A stretch of DNA of 64,000 nt, taken from positions 143,757 to 207,756 of the forward strand of contig CAZXMM010000001.1 of assembly GCA_964641255.1 (NCBI GenBank), given 5' to 3'. The position numbers and the translations under genes are program-made. Positions 18,156 to 30,125 of this stretch are shown here, piece after piece (the first letter of the stretch is position 1; each line of letters starts with the position of its first letter). The notes under the pieces were generated by a model. It had not been told where the DNA came from and did no database searches. It saw nothing but the letters and a program-made list of their open reading frames with translations. This stretch comes from an uncultured Gammaproteobacteria bacterium (GTDB taxonomy: Bacteria; Patescibacteriota; Microgenomatia; JAMCZE01).

Positions 18156-20462
18156 ATGACCCGAACATTTCCTGTGATTGGCATGCACTGTGCTTCTTGC
18201 GCCGCAGTTATTAAGCGGAAACTGGAAAAAATTGACGGGATTGACTCTTGTGTCGTTAACTTTGGAACAGAAAGGGCTGAAGTTACTTTTAATCAAGCGA
18301 AGACCTCAGTTTCTAGGATGAATGAAGAGATCGGTCAACTGGGATACTCCCTAATGGATGCAGACATAACGATCGGTATGGATGACTCAGGCAACGTGGA
18401 CTACGCCTCAATGACACCCGTCTCTTCAGGCGTAAAGATCAAGGAACAAAAGCTCCGTGAGCTCACTAAGCTGAGGCACTACATTCTAATCGGCTTACCA
18501 ATGGTAGCCATAAGTGTGATTGTCATGGTGGCGGAAATTGGCGCTGAGCCTTTAAGACTATGGCCAAAGTTGCCAGAAATGGTGATGATTTTTTTTCACC
18601 ACCTGCTCCCGATTTTGGCTACTTATGCACTTTTTGTGGTTGGTGCTCCGTATCTTCGGGGGGTAGCGAGGTTTCTTAAATACCGAGTGGCCAACATGGA
18701 TACACTCGTTGGGATAGGAACGGCGGTGGCATTTTTTTATAGCTTTATTATTACTGCTTTTGAAGGCATTTTAGCGCCATTTATTAATACCCAACAAAAC
18801 TACTATGACGTTACTATCGTAGTTATTGGCTTTATTACCTTGGGTAAGTTTCTCGAGGCCAGATCAAAACTGCAAACTGGGGAGGCGATAGAAAAGCTCC
18901 TCGGATTACAAGCGAAAAATGCACTGGTACTTCGGGAAGGAAAAGAAATCGAACTTCCCATAAATCGGGTAGCGGTGGGTGATATCGTCATTGTTAAGCC
19001 CGGCCAAAAAATTCCGCTTGATGGAATAATTGTAGGGGGGAGATCTGCGGTTGACGAGTCCATGATTACCGGAGAATCGCTTCCTGTTGACAAGGAAGTA
19101 AATGACATGGTGATTGGGGCGACGCTGAATAAGCAGGGATCTCTTCGAATCAAAGTAACTAAAGTAGGTGGCCAGACAGTGTTGTCACAGATTATCACCA
19201 TGGTGGAGCAAGCCCAGGGTTCAAAAGCGCCAATAGAACGACTCGCAGACCAGGTGTCAGCTATCTTTGTCCCCATTGTCCTAGTGTTGGCTATTCTCGT
19301 TTTTACCATTTGGTTGGTAGTGGGTTCCCAGTTCCTACCTTTCTCTCAGGCCTTTACACTGGGGATTTTAAGTTTTGTTGGCGTTCTTATCATTGCCTGT
19401 CCTTGCGCCATGGGACTGGCTACCCCGACTGCTATTATTGTTGGAGTCGGTAAAGCGGCCCAAAGTGGCATTCTCATTAAAAACGCTGAAAGTCTGGAAA
19501 AGTTTAGCGGAGTCAACTTTGTAGTCATGGATAAGACCGGAACCCTAACTAAGGGTGAGCCACAACTAACTGATATTCGAGGGGTTAGTGAACAGTCAGA
19601 AGAAAAAGTATTGCAACTACTCGGTTCTTTAGAAACCCACTCCGAACACCCTCTAGCTAGGGCAATAGTGAAGAGGACGCAGGAGGTCAAAACTAAACTT
19701 CTAAACGTACAAGACTTTGTAGCACTGGAGGGAAGAGGACTCAGAGGGATAATTGGCAAAACAGAGTACTATGCAGGCAATCTTAAACTAGCAGCCGATC
19801 TTAAACTCCAAGTGGACGAAGATATAATCACAGAACTCGTCGGGGAGGGTAAAACTCCAGTCTTACTTTTGACTAAAAAAGAGATTCTAGCCTATGTTGG
19901 CATCGCCGATATTATTAAAGACGACGCAAAAACTACTGTTGCCCAGCTCCATAGTAGTGGAATCAAGGTGGCTATGCTCACTGGTGACAACAAAAAAACC
20001 GCTCAGTACATTGCCTCACAAGTGGGTATTGACCGAGTCATTGCCGAGGTGTTGCCTGGCGACAAAGCGAATGCAGTCAAGAAACTTCAAACCGAAGGCT
20101 TTAAAGTCGCCATGGTGGGTGACGGTATTAATGATGCCCCCGCCCTGGCCACGGCTGATGTAGGGATTGCGATGGGCACGGGGACTGATGTCGCTATTGA
20201 ATCAGCCGGCATTACACTTTTAGGTGGCCATATCTCTAAGCTTCCCAGAGCTATTAAGTTGGCTCGTGCCACTATGCGAACCATCAAAACTAATCTTTTC
20301 TGGGCCTTTTTCTATAATATTATTGGCATCCCTGTTGCGGCGGGGCTGTTGTATCCAGTCTGGGGAATCCTACTCAATCCTGCCGTAGCGGGGGCAGCGA
20401 TGGGACTGTCCTCAGTCTTTGTAGTTGGCAATTCACTCTTACTTAAAAGAGTTAAAATTTAG
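18156..20462 (+). CDS. copA: Cu(+)-exporting P1B-type ATPase
   Basis: [29 protein letters not shown] and MGLSS motifs. Confidence 0.95.
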   Translation: MTRTFPVIGMHCASCAAVIKRKLEKIDGIDSCVVNFGTERAEVTFNQAKTSVSRMNEEIGQLGYSLMDADITIGMDDSGNVDYASMTPVSSGVKIKEQKLRELTKLRHYILIGLPMVAISVIVMVAEIGAEPLRLWPKLPEMVMIFFHHLLPILATYALFVVGAPYLRGVARFLKYRVANMDTLVGIGTAVAFFYSFIITAFEGILAPFINTQQNYYDVTIVVIGFITLGKFLEARSKLQTGEAIEKLLGLQAKNALVLREGKEIELPINRVAVGDIVIVKPGQKIPLDGIIVGGRSAVDESMITGESLPVDKEVNDMVIGATLNKQGSLRIKVTKVGGQTVLSQIITMVEQAQGSKAPIERLADQVSAIFVPIVLVLAILVFTIWLVVGSQFLPFSQAFTLGILSFVGVLIIACPCAMGLATPTAIIVGVGKAAQSGILIKNAESLEKFSGVNFVVMDKTGTLTKGEPQLTDIRGVSEQSEEKVLQLLGSLETHSEHPLARAIVKRTQEVKTKLLNVQDFVALEGRGLRGIIGKTEYYAGNLKLAADLKLQVDEDIITELVGEGKTPVLLLTKKEILAYVGIADIIKDDAKTTVAQLHSSGIKVAMLTGDNKKTAQYIASQVGIDRVIAEVLPGDKANAVKKLQTEGFKVAMVGDGINDAPALATADVGIAMGTGTDVAIESAGITLLGGHISKLPRAIKLARATMRTIKTNLFWAFFYNIIGIPVAAGLLYPVWGILLNPAVAGAAMGLSSVFVVGNSLLLKRVKI

Positions 20463-20465
20463 GCT

Positions 20466-21446
20466 ATGGATTTTTGGGCCATTTTTATCACGGGATTAAC
20501 AGTTGGAGGATTGACCTGTCTGGCTGTTCAGGGGGGATTATTGGCCTCAGTCATTGCGGTTCGAAAAGAAGAAACTTCCGCCAAGTCTAGTGGTGGGTTT
20601 TTCCTAGCTACAGGGGCCTTTTTAGTAACCAAACTGATTGCCTATGTAGCTTTGGGTTTTATTCTCGGGTGGTTTGGAGGACTAATTAACATTAGTAGTA
20701 GCGTACAGATTACCATGCAGCTGGCAGCCGGCATTTATATGCTGGCCGTAGCGGGTAACCTTCTTAATCTTCACCCCCTCTTTCGTTACGCAATTATTCA
20801 GCCTCCACGGTTTTTAACCCGGTTAGTAAGGAATCAATCAAGATCAAAAGATATTTTTGCTCCGGCTCTTCTTGGAGCAATGACTGTTTTTATTCCCTGC
20901 GGCACCACCTTAGCAATAGAAGCCCTCGTTATTAGTGGCGCCAATCCGTGGGTGGGTGCCACTATTATGGGAGTATTTGTAATGGGGACAATTCCGTTAT
21001 TTTTTGGTATCGGTTTTATAACTTCACTACTGGGAGAAACGTTTAGAGCTAAATTTTTTAAGTTAGCTGCTTTAGCCGTGATTTATTTGGGGGTGACCTC
21101 GATTAGTGGTGCCCTGATCGCCTTGGGAGTACCACTATCCTTATCTTCCTCACCAAATAAGCTTTACAGTGAATCACCTACCACCCAGAGTGCCGAGATT
21201 TTTATCACCTCGAGTGGATATTCTCCCAGCTATCTCCGCGTAAAAAAGGATTTGCCTGTCACCCTTAAATTGGTAAGTAGAGATGCTTATAGTTGTGCCT
21301 TGGCATTTCGCATTCCCTCGCTTGGTATCAGTCGAGATCTTGGGGCGAATGAAACGCAAACTATCACTTTTACTCCCACTAAAGCAGGTAAGATTCCGTT
21401 TTCTTGTTCGATGGGGATGTACCGGGGTGTAATTGAAGTTCTGTGA
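20466..21446 (+). CDS. DsbD_2/TauE-like membrane protein with a C-terminal cupredoxin domain
   Basis: Motifs GLTCLAVQGG, FIPCG, FSCSMGMY. Confidence 0.8.
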   Translation: MDFWAIFITGLTVGGLTCLAVQGGLLASVIAVRKEETSAKSSGGFFLATGAFLVTKLIAYVALGFILGWFGGLINISSSVQITMQLAAGIYMLAVAGNLLNLHPLFRYAIIQPPRFLTRLVRNQSRSKDIFAPALLGAMTVFIPCGTTLAIEALVISGANPWVGATIMGVFVMGTIPLFFGIGFITSLLGETFRAKFFKLAALAVIYLGVTSISGALIALGVPLSLSSSPNKLYSESPTTQSAEIFITSSGYSPSYLRVKKDLPVTLKLVSRDAYSCALAFRIPSLGISRDLGANETQTITFTPTKAGKIPFSCSMGMYRGVIEVL

Positions 21447-21448
21447 CT

Positions 21449-21658
21449 ATGATCAAAATCAAGAAAAAATATAAAGTGGAGGGCATGCACTGTGCCAGTT
21501 GTGCCATGCTTATTGAAGGTGAATTAGAAGATATCGGGGTCTCGGCGAAATGCAGCTATGCGGCACAATTACTTGAGGTCGAAATTGAGCCGACTCAAGT
21601 TAGTGAGGACACAATCAAAGAAGCGGTTCATAAAGCCGGGTATAAGCTAGTTATTTAG
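21449..21658 (+). CDS. copZ: CopZ-like copper chaperone (HMA domain)
   Basis: VEGMHCASC...AGY. Confidence 0.88.
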   Translation: MIKIKKKYKVEGMHCASCAMLIEGELEDIGVSAKCSYAAQLLEVEIEPTQVSEDTIKEAVHKAGYKLVI

Positions 21659-22149
21659 ATTGGCCTGTCCACCATTTCCGTATTTTAGGCGCCACACATT
21701 CATTAGCTCACAGAGTTGTTCTAATTTCATCCCATAGCCACTTTCCAAGGCGGCTTCGTATCCAGTCATAGCTTTTGCTAATTTTCGGGTAGTCACCAAG
21801 TCAGGATACGAATCGATGTAATCATAAAAGATTGCCCTCACACTACCGCTTGCCCCTGGCATTTTGTCGACTGTAAACTCCTTTACCTCTAACCATTTGG
21901 TAAGTTTTGTTCTAAACAGGCTTTTGACAGTAAAACCTTCTGGGGTGAGGAGGAGATAATTACTATCAGGAAAGAGCATTACTAAAAAAAGCAACGTACC
22001 AGATCCGAAGCAGATGAGATCGGCCCATACCCACCAGGATCTTTCGTTGCTGAAAAAAGCAACCAGACCGAGAGTAAAAAAATCAGACAGAAAGCTAGCA
22101 TTGATAGCCAAAACCAGGGGCTGTTTTTTAGTTTTAATCTCTCAGTCAT
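21647..22149 (-). pseudogene. Membrane protein gene apparently frameshifted at a T7 run
   Basis: ATG 22149 frame (MTERLKLKNSPWFWLSMLAFCLIF) would join the ORF 21647..22111 frame at A7 (22076-22082). Confidence 0.5.
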
Positions 22150-23073
22150 TTAAATTATCCCTGGGCTAGGGAGTCCCTTTAAATCTAAAATGCCCTGCTC
22201 AAGAGAGATTTTTGGTTGCCAACCCAACAGTTTCCTAGCCTTACTATTATCCGCTTGAGTAATAGGATATTCACCTAAACGTTCGGTAATATGGATATCT
22301 GGTCCGCCGATTAGCTGCGCTATTTCATTAATACTATAGTTTTTGCCTGTTCCTAGGTTAATAACTTCACCGGGAGGAATAACCTTTTGCCAAGCCAAGA
22401 TATTGGCTTCGACAATGTCAGACACGTGAGTGAAGTCGCGTCTTTGTTTACCATCGCCCACAATGGTCATGGGCCTACCCTCTCTGGTTTGTTTCAAAAA
22501 GATTCCGATGACCGTAGCGTAGGATCCCTCGGTTAACTGTCTGGGACCATAAACGTTAAAGTAGCGAAAGATTACGGTGGGCAAGCCATAGAGGCTACTA
22601 AACAGTTGGCAATATTGTTCGCCAACTAACTTTTGTAGCGCATAGGGGCTACTGGGATGGGTGGGAAGGGTTTCTTTAAGGGGAAAATTTTCGGTCGGTT
22701 GTAAACCATAAGCTGACGACGATCCGGAGTAAATTACTTTGGTGACTCCGTGTTTTTTTGCCGCCCAAAGAACATTCAAGGTGCCTGTTACGTTAGTGTG
22801 ATTGGCCGGAAGCGGGTCTTTAATTGAGGGTTGAATTCGGGCTAGGGCGGCGAGGTGAAATACTACCTCTACTTCAGCAAAGTGTTTTTCAATAACTGTA
22901 AAATCAGCGATGTCACATTCAATCAGCTTGGCTTTTGAGTTAAGATTATCCCGCTTGCCAGTAGAAAGATTGTCTAAAACAACAACTTCGTGGCCGTCAG
23001 TTATCAAGCGGTCAACGAGGTGAGAGCCAATGAATCCAGCTCCACCCGTGACTAATACTTTAGCTTTACGCAT
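22150..23073 (-). CDS. NAD-dependent sugar epimerase/dehydratase (extended SDR)
   Basis: TGGAGFIG, YALQK (YxxxK), RYFNVYGP. Confidence 0.95.
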   Translation of the reverse strand: MRKAKVLVTGGAGFIGSHLVDRLITDGHEVVVLDNLSTGKRDNLNSKAKLIECDIADFTVIEKHFAEVEVVFHLAALARIQPSIKDPLPANHTNVTGTLNVLWAAKKHGVTKVIYSGSSSAYGLQPTENFPLKETLPTHPSSPYALQKLVGEQYCQLFSSLYGLPTVIFRYFNVYGPRQLTEGSYATVIGIFLKQTREGRPMTIVGDGKQRRDFTHVSDIVEANILAWQKVIPPGEVINLGTGKNYSINEIAQLIGGPDIHITERLGEYPITQADNSKARKLLGWQPKISLEQGILDLKGLPSPGII

Positions 23074-23140
23074 AAATAGTTAGATTAATAATAGCGCAAA
23101 GACCGAATAATGGGAACACCGCCTGGGAGTATAATTGGGT

Positions 23141-23719
23141 ATGGTTCGCAACCACAAGGTTTTTAGGGGAGATGAGCTCAAAGGAGCGGAACTGAGGGAC
23201 ACGACGTTTGAATGTTGTCAATTTCAGGATTTAAATCTCCATTTCACTTCGTTTAACAATTGTCAATTCCACAGCTGTGATCTGTCTGGTTGCAAATTTG
23301 ACCTTACCAGTGTTAACAGTTGTACTTTTGCCGAGAGCAAACTGAGTAATCTTGATTTTGCCGACCTAGTCGTAAGGGACTGTGACTTTTCTCGGGCGAT
23401 AATGGCCAATTGTGTTTTTGCTCAGTATAAATCTGGTAGCCATCAGGAAAAGAAGCTGTTTAAATTAGCAAATACTAGGTTTGATTATGCTGACTTGTCC
23501 CGATCAGTCTTTTCTTGGTGCGACCTAACTAGTAGCAGCTTTGTGGGAGCTAATTTGACTGAGGTGGTTTTGGAAAACTGCATACTGGTTAAGGCCGATT
23601 TAGCAAAGGCGGTCTTAGATAGAGTCACTATTACTGAGTGCAAAATTGATCAGACTAAGCTGGATTTGGGAGGGTTTATTACTTACGGCCGTTCCAAAGG
23701 TTTTAGTCTTGTTAGTTAA
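23141..23719 (+). CDS. Pentapeptide repeat protein
   Basis: Repeats of A/C-x-F/L-x-x, e.g. CDLSGCKF and ADLSRSVF. Confidence 0.9.
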   Translation: MVRNHKVFRGDELKGAELRDTTFECCQFQDLNLHFTSFNNCQFHSCDLSGCKFDLTSVNSCTFAESKLSNLDFADLVVRDCDFSRAIMANCVFAQYKSGSHQEKKLFKLANTRFDYADLSRSVFSWCDLTSSSFVGANLTEVVLENCILVKADLAKAVLDRVTITECKIDQTKLDLGGFITYGRSKGFSLVS

Positions 23720-23773
23720 ATTCTTGCAAAAGTTTAAAAAAGAAATATTATTAGTTAAGAGTATACTACTAGT

Positions 23774-24217
23774 ATGGGTAATTTCTTTTTAGTTTACGTC
23801 AACTACCTGGCTGTTCTTCTTGGAGGGATAGCGGCAATGGTAATTGGGGCGCTATGGTATGGTCCTCTCTTTGGTAAACCTTGGATGAAGCTAGTCGGTT
23901 GGGAGGAAAAGAAACAGGCTAAGGAAAGCAGTGACATGACCAAAACCTATGGGGTGATGTTTCTCGCCTCACTAGTGATGGCCTACACTCTAGCTCATTT
24001 TGTTTGGTACGCGGCTCCCGGGTCACTGACGCTAGTCATCTCCCTTAAAACAGCCGTTTGGTGTTGGGTCGGTCTAATTTTCCCCTTTGCCCTGTCTCGG
24101 TATCTATTCTCACCACAAAAGCGCTCACTCAAACTACTTGCTATTGATACCGGTTACTATTTAGTAACGCTTCTAATTATGGGCGTTATCTTTGCATCTC
24201 TCCAGTCTGCTCCCTAG
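23774..24217 (+). CDS. DUF1761 family membrane protein
   Basis: VNYLAVL...GALWYGPLFGKPWMKLVG...IDTGY. Confidence 0.88.
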   Translation: MGNFFLVYVNYLAVLLGGIAAMVIGALWYGPLFGKPWMKLVGWEEKKQAKESSDMTKTYGVMFLASLVMAYTLAHFVWYAAPGSLTLVISLKTAVWCWVGLIFPFALSRYLFSPQKRSLKLLAIDTGYYLVTLLIMGVIFASLQSAP

Positions 24218-25581
24218 TCAACAAGACTAGTAACTTCGTTCATTTGTGGGGTGTGGATGAGATCGATTCCCAGGTCAGTTTTAATTTTTTGAGCCAGTAC
24301 CTGTCTGGGTCCATCATCTCCGTGGGTGAGAAATACTTGCTTAACACCGGAAATTGCCCCGAGCCAATTAAGCAGTCTGGGTTGGTCGGCGTGGGAACTT
24401 AGAGCTTGGGTTTCGTTAATACTGGCGTGAATCGGGACAAAGCGTTTGTCGATTTGGACTCTTTTCGCCCCCTCAAGAATTTCTCTCCCTAGAGTTTCTT
24501 CTCCTTGGTAGCCCACCAAAAGAAGTCGAGTAGTGCGCAGTGGTAAAAATTCCGCAGCGTGGGCGAGAATTCTACCTCCCGTCATCATGCCGGCCCCAGC
24601 AATAATCACTTTGGGGCCACTAAATTTTTTAATTCGCTGACTTAGTTTGTAGTCTTGGACAATTTCCAGGCCGGAAAAATCAAACACATTATCCACTGTT
24701 AGGCGTTTTTTAAAATCAGCATTAAAAAGATCTGGATAGTGGAGGTAGACCTCGGTCGCTCGAATGGCTAGTGGGCTATCTAAGAAAAAAGCGACTCGAG
24801 GGCTGACTCGGTTGCACTTTACTAGATCTCCCAGTAGCACTAAGATATCCTGAGTCCTCTCTAGTGCAAAAGCGGGGATCAGTAGTGTTCCTTCTGTCTG
24901 CTCAATAGCAGCAATTTCTTGGGCGAGAATATCCGACGGATTGTCTGTAGGATGAGCGCGGTCTCCATAGGTCGATTCCATGATTACCGTCTCGGCCTGG
25001 TCTAGTAGTTCAGTGGGTCGAAGAATCAGTTGGGGGGTGTTACCTAAATCGCCACTAAAGACTACGGTTTGTTTGTTGCCAGTGTCATCTCGTTTATCAA
25101 TTGTCACACTCGCTGATCCGAGTAGGTGGCCGGCGTCGTAGAAGGTAGCGGTAAAATCTGCCACCTTAAATTCTTCGTGGTAGCCAATCGTCTTAACTTG
25201 GCGAAGGATTTGGTCGACATCCTCTTCTGTATACAAAGGGCGATTATTATCCTTATGGCCACTTTTAGCGATTTTCGCTGAGTCCATTAGGATGAGTTCT
25301 ACTAAATCATAGGTGGCGGGAGTCATAAATATCGTTCCAGTAAAACCCTGGCGGCTAAGAAGTGGCAAGCGGCCACAATGGTCGAGATGGGCGTGGGTCA
25401 GGATAACAGCGGCAATGTTTTGAGGATTAAACTGTAGGGGTTGAAAGTTCCAAGCGGCCTCTTTTGCTGTCCCCTGAAACATTCCCATATCAATTAGAAT
25501 GCTGCTGTTTGGGCTACTGGTCAGTTGGTAACAAGAGCCGGTGACCATCCCGGCAGCACCTAGAAATTTAAGGTCCATCAT
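24214..25581 (-). CDS. MBL-fold beta-CASP ribonuclease
   Basis: THAHLDH, AGHLLGS, MESTYG, SSHAD, THGD. Confidence 0.93.
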   Translation of the reverse strand: MMDLKFLGAAGMVTGSCYQLTSSPNSSILIDMGMFQGTAKEAAWNFQPLQFNPQNIAAVILTHAHLDHCGRLPLLSRQGFTGTIFMTPATYDLVELILMDSAKIAKSGHKDNNRPLYTEEDVDQILRQVKTIGYHEEFKVADFTATFYDAGHLLGSASVTIDKRDDTGNKQTVVFSGDLGNTPQLILRPTELLDQAETVIMESTYGDRAHPTDNPSDILAQEIAAIEQTEGTLLIPAFALERTQDILVLLGDLVKCNRVSPRVAFFLDSPLAIRATEVYLHYPDLFNADFKKRLTVDNVFDFSGLEIVQDYKLSQRIKKFSGPKVIIAGAGMMTGGRILAHAAEFLPLRTTRLLLVGYQGEETLGREILEGAKRVQIDKRFVPIHASINETQALSSHADQPRLLNWLGAISGVKQVFLTHGDDGPRQVLAQKIKTDLGIDLIHTPQMNEVTSLVD

Positions 25582-26714
25582 GAGTTAGTGGCTACTGCCG
25601 TAGCGACAATTTCTGCTAGATTGGGAGTAAATGGACCAGGAATGATTAAATCGGGAGTCGGATCACTAATGGTTTGCGCAATAGCTTTAGCGGCAGCTAC
25701 TTTCATGGCTGGACTAATTTTACTGGCTCGACAGCGTAGCGCTCCCAAAAATATTCCCGGGAAAGCCAAACTATTATTGATTTGGTTGGGAAAATCTGAC
25801 CTACCGGTGGCCACAACATATGCTCCTCCTTGTTTGGCCATTTCGGGCATAATTTCGGGAGTAGGGTTGGCTAGGGCAAAAATAATTGGCCTACTAGCCA
25901 TCAAGGTAATAGCCTCGGGTTTTAGCACATCAGGCTTGGACACTCCAATAAAGACGTCAGCTCCCTTAAGAGCGGCGTTTAAGTCGCCTTGTAAGTTGCC
26001 TTTATTAGTAAATTCGGCGAGTGCCCTCTTGTAGGGATGTAGATCATTTCGCGCTTTACTAATAATTCCCAAACTATCCACCAGAATGATGTTGTTAACC
26101 AGTGGTTCCAAAATCTTGGCAATGGCGCTACCTGCCGCACCGGCGCCCGAAATTACTACTGTTAAACTGGCTAAATCTTTTTGGGTCACTTTACTGGCAT
26201 TGATTAATCCGGCTAGGGCGACTACCGCTGTCCCGTGTTGGTCATCGTGCATGATTGGTATTCCCAAGTTCTGGAGCCGGTCTTCGATCTCAAAACAGCG
26301 TGGGGCGGAGATGTCTTCCAGGTTGATTCCCCCAAAGACTGGAGCGAGTAGCTTAACGGCTTTAATAATTTCCTCACTATCTTGGCTATCAAGACAGATG
26401 GGGAAGGCATCAATATTGGCAAACGTTTTAAATAGCGCCGCTTTTCCTTCCATAACTGGTAAGGCGGCTTCGGGGCCAATATTGCCCAGTCCTAGAACCG
26501 CCGACCCATCGGTAACTATGGCTATAGTGTGGCTTTTGATCGTTAAATCGTAAGCGGCTGCTTTATCCTTCGCAATTAGTTGTGAAACTGCGGCAACACC
26601 AGGGGTATAGCTTAGAGCGAGCTCTTCTTTGGTGGTAATTGGGACTACGACCGCTGTTCCAATTTTCCCTCGATATTTTCGGTGTAGCGAGACTGCTTGC
26701 TCGTCAATTGTCAT
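25578..26714 (-). CDS. NAD(P)-dependent malic enzyme
   Basis: YTPGVA, PVMEGK, NLEDI, HDDQHGT, GAGAAG, TGRSDFPNQ. Confidence 0.95.
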   Translation of the reverse strand: MTIDEQAVSLHRKYRGKIGTAVVVPITTKEELALSYTPGVAAVSQLIAKDKAAAYDLTIKSHTIAIVTDGSAVLGLGNIGPEAALPVMEGKAALFKTFANIDAFPICLDSQDSEEIIKAVKLLAPVFGGINLEDISAPRCFEIEDRLQNLGIPIMHDDQHGTAVVALAGLINASKVTQKDLASLTVVISGAGAAGSAIAKILEPLVNNIILVDSLGIISKARNDLHPYKRALAEFTNKGNLQGDLNAALKGADVFIGVSKPDVLKPEAITLMASRPIIFALANPTPEIMPEMAKQGGAYVVATGRSDFPNQINNSLAFPGIFLGALRCRASKISPAMKVAAAKAIAQTISDPTPDLIIPGPFTPNLAEIVATAVATNS

Positions 26715-28155
26715 TAGGACTCGGTTGGTTCTTAATCCTCAAACGACCCTTTTCTTGATATTCCTCTTCTGACCCTACGGCGTCGAAATCAACTGGTGTT
26801 TTGGTTACAACAGCTGTAGCTGCTGCTAATCCCATCTCAAGTGAATGATCCTGATTAGTATAGCGAAATCTGCCAGGTCTGCCAATATTGGCAAGATTAG
26901 TGAAATGGTCGAGATATTTATTGATTGCCTTAAGGTGTTTTTTGTAAGCTAGATCATAGACGGGGTAAACGTTAGGTTGTCTAAAGATATAACTAGCTAT
27001 AACCTCGCTTTTTTGGATGAAGCCTAATTTTTCTAACCAAGTAACGGTCAGATCCTCTAGTTCGTTCTTGGACATTGTCCAGGTAGTATCACCTTCCCAA
27101 CAAAAATATTCGACAAATAAGGATGTTTTTGTTTTGGGTGCCATTAGGGGAGAAAAATTTTTCATTTCCGAGATCCGGCCAAAAGGGATGTCCTTATCAG
27201 GAAAATAAATCCACTGGTCAAGACTGACTGACGGTTTATCAATAGTTAAAAATAAGTAGACCTGAGCTCTAAAGCGCAGTTTAGTAGTAGCGGTTTGGAT
27301 GTCTTTGGGGGCGGGCGGGTCGAGTAGGGAGACTAAAGTAGTAATTGGGATAGAGGTGATGACTGCCTCTAAGTTAGAGTAGGTAACTTTATTACTGAGC
27401 GTAACACTGGTAATTTTTCTGCCATCATGTTTAATAGCGGTGGGGGTGGTGTTTAGCAAAATGGGGTTATCATTTTTGATTTTAGCCGCAATGGTGTCAT
27501 AAATTAAACCAGTACCTGATTCCGGGTAGTAAAATTCATCAGTCATGGTTCTTGGGGAAAACTTTTTAAGTAGCGTTCCCTTAATTAGCGAGGTGATTGA
27601 GAGGTTGGGTATTCGTTGGGTAGACCAGTCAACAGACATTTGTGTTGGGGGGATGCCCCAAATTTTGGCATTATAATGAAGCATATTAAATTCAGCTAGG
27701 GACCGGCCAAATGTGCTGACGGCGAATTCCTCAAAATTTTTGGGCTTACGAGGAGTAATTTTATTGCGTACCCTTTCAATTAAAAAATCACCAATAATGC
27801 GCACCATCCGCATTTTTTCCATAGTCAGTAAAACATTACCGGGTTTAATGGGCCAATGGTAAAAGCGTCCATTAATAAAGAAGCGGGTATGGCGCTTTAC
27901 TCGGATCCACTTTTCGTTTAACAGCCCTTCAATAAACTCGTAAAGTTTGGGATTTTTTGAAAAGAAGCGGTGGGGGCCATTATCGGTGCGAAAATTTCCA
28001 ATTTGATAGGTTTTAGATAGACCGCCAACCCTAGTGTCTTTTTCAACTACAATAAACTTTCTCCCTTGTTGGCTGAGTCCCATTGCCGCGGCCATACCGG
28101 CCGGACCAGCTCCAATAATGAGGATTTGTTTTTTAGTGTCTACTTTTTGCTTCAT
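26704..28155 (-). CDS. FAD-dependent oxidoreductase (HemY/UDP-galactopyranose mutase-like)
   Basis: IIGAGPAG, GGLSKT, GPHRFF, GRFRYTNQDHS. Confidence 0.85.
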   Translation of the reverse strand: MKQKVDTKKQILIIGAGPAGMAAAMGLSQQGRKFIVVEKDTRVGGLSKTYQIGNFRTDNGPHRFFSKNPKLYEFIEGLLNEKWIRVKRHTRFFINGRFYHWPIKPGNVLLTMEKMRMVRIIGDFLIERVRNKITPRKPKNFEEFAVSTFGRSLAEFNMLHYNAKIWGIPPTQMSVDWSTQRIPNLSITSLIKGTLLKKFSPRTMTDEFYYPESGTGLIYDTIAAKIKNDNPILLNTTPTAIKHDGRKITSVTLSNKVTYSNLEAVITSIPITTLVSLLDPPAPKDIQTATTKLRFRAQVYLFLTIDKPSVSLDQWIYFPDKDIPFGRISEMKNFSPLMAPKTKTSLFVEYFCWEGDTTWTMSKNELEDLTVTWLEKLGFIQKSEVIASYIFRQPNVYPVYDLAYKKHLKAINKYLDHFTNLANIGRPGRFRYTNQDHSLEMGLAAATAVVTKTPVDFDAVGSEEEYQEKGRLRIKNQPSPNDN

Positions 28156-28234
28156 TTGTCTGACAGATTTTAGCACCTTCCCAGTTCAAAAGTTAGTGAT
28201 AGAATAGACTGACAAGCACTCAAATATATATAGT

Positions 28235-29237
<1,003 letters not shown>

Positions 29238-29290
29238 CGGAGTCTGAGATAAACTTGCTCAGACTTTGGGCTGAATAATTTGTATTTCCT

Positions 29291-29797
29291 ATGGAGGCAC
29301 TTGGAATTAACCCGATTTATATTATCGCCCAGCTGATTAGCTTTGGAATTTTGTTTGCGGTTCTGGGGAAATTTCTTTATCCCCAATTAAGAAAAGCGCT
29401 CGAAGAGCGTCGGGCGCGAATTGCTGCTGCCATTGAAAAGGAGCAGGAACTAACAAAAAAAGTGGAAAAGCTGGCCCTTGAGAGTAAGAAGCGTCAACAA
29501 GAATCCCAGGCTGAAGCTCGGGCTGTTCTGGCAGAGGCCAAAAAAGCCACCGAGGAGCTTAGGAAACAAATTTTGGCAGAATCGGAAGAAAAGAGCCAGC
29601 GGATTGTTGAAGAAGCTAAGGTGCGCATTGAAGAAGAAAGAAAGCAAGCCGAAGTTGCTCTTAGGGGGCACGCAGCTGCCTTGGGCCGTCAGATGGCGGA
29701 GCAGATTTTGGCAGAAAACCAAACAACCGCTAAAGGTCGCAGAACTGATTTTGAAAACACGCTTAAGAAATTAAAAAAACAAAAACCTAAGGAATGA
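29291..29797 (+). CDS. atpF: ATP synthase subunit b
   Basis: N-terminal TM, LEERRARI coiled coil, operon position. Confidence 0.92.
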   Translation: MEALGINPIYIIAQLISFGILFAVLGKFLYPQLRKALEERRARIAAAIEKEQELTKKVEKLALESKKRQQESQAEARAVLAEAKKATEELRKQILAESEEKSQRIVEEAKVRIEEERKQAEVALRGHAAALGRQMAEQILAENQTTAKGRRTDFENTLKKLKKQKPKE

Positions 29798-30123
29798 AGC
29801 AAGCCGAAGCGTTATCATTAGCTGATGGGATTTGGCGAGTGCTAGTTAAGCATCGGCAACAGCATTTGCTTCCTCAAGTCACCGCTTTACTGGAACAAAA
29901 ATTTACTGCCTGGCAAGGGCAGGTAGTAGTGGAAAGCGCCCATAAATTAAGTATTTCCGAGCAAAAAAAACTAATGGTTCTTCTTAAGAAAAACTATGGT
30001 ATCACTGAAGCCATCTTTACTGTTGAACCAAGCTTAATTGGAGGTATGAAGGTGCATTTCGGGGATAAAATTTTAGATTTGTCAACGAAGTTAAAATTAG
30101 AACAATTAGCTAATAGTTTCTAG
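29794..30123 (+). CDS. atpH: ATP synthase subunit delta (short form)
   Basis: VESAHKLS...VEPSLIGG...GDKILDLS; 109 aa. Confidence 0.85.
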   Translation: MKQAEALSLADGIWRVLVKHRQQHLLPQVTALLEQKFTAWQGQVVVESAHKLSISEQKKLMVLLKKNYGITEAIFTVEPSLIGGMKVHFGDKILDLSTKLKLEQLANSF

Positions 30124-30125
30124 CT

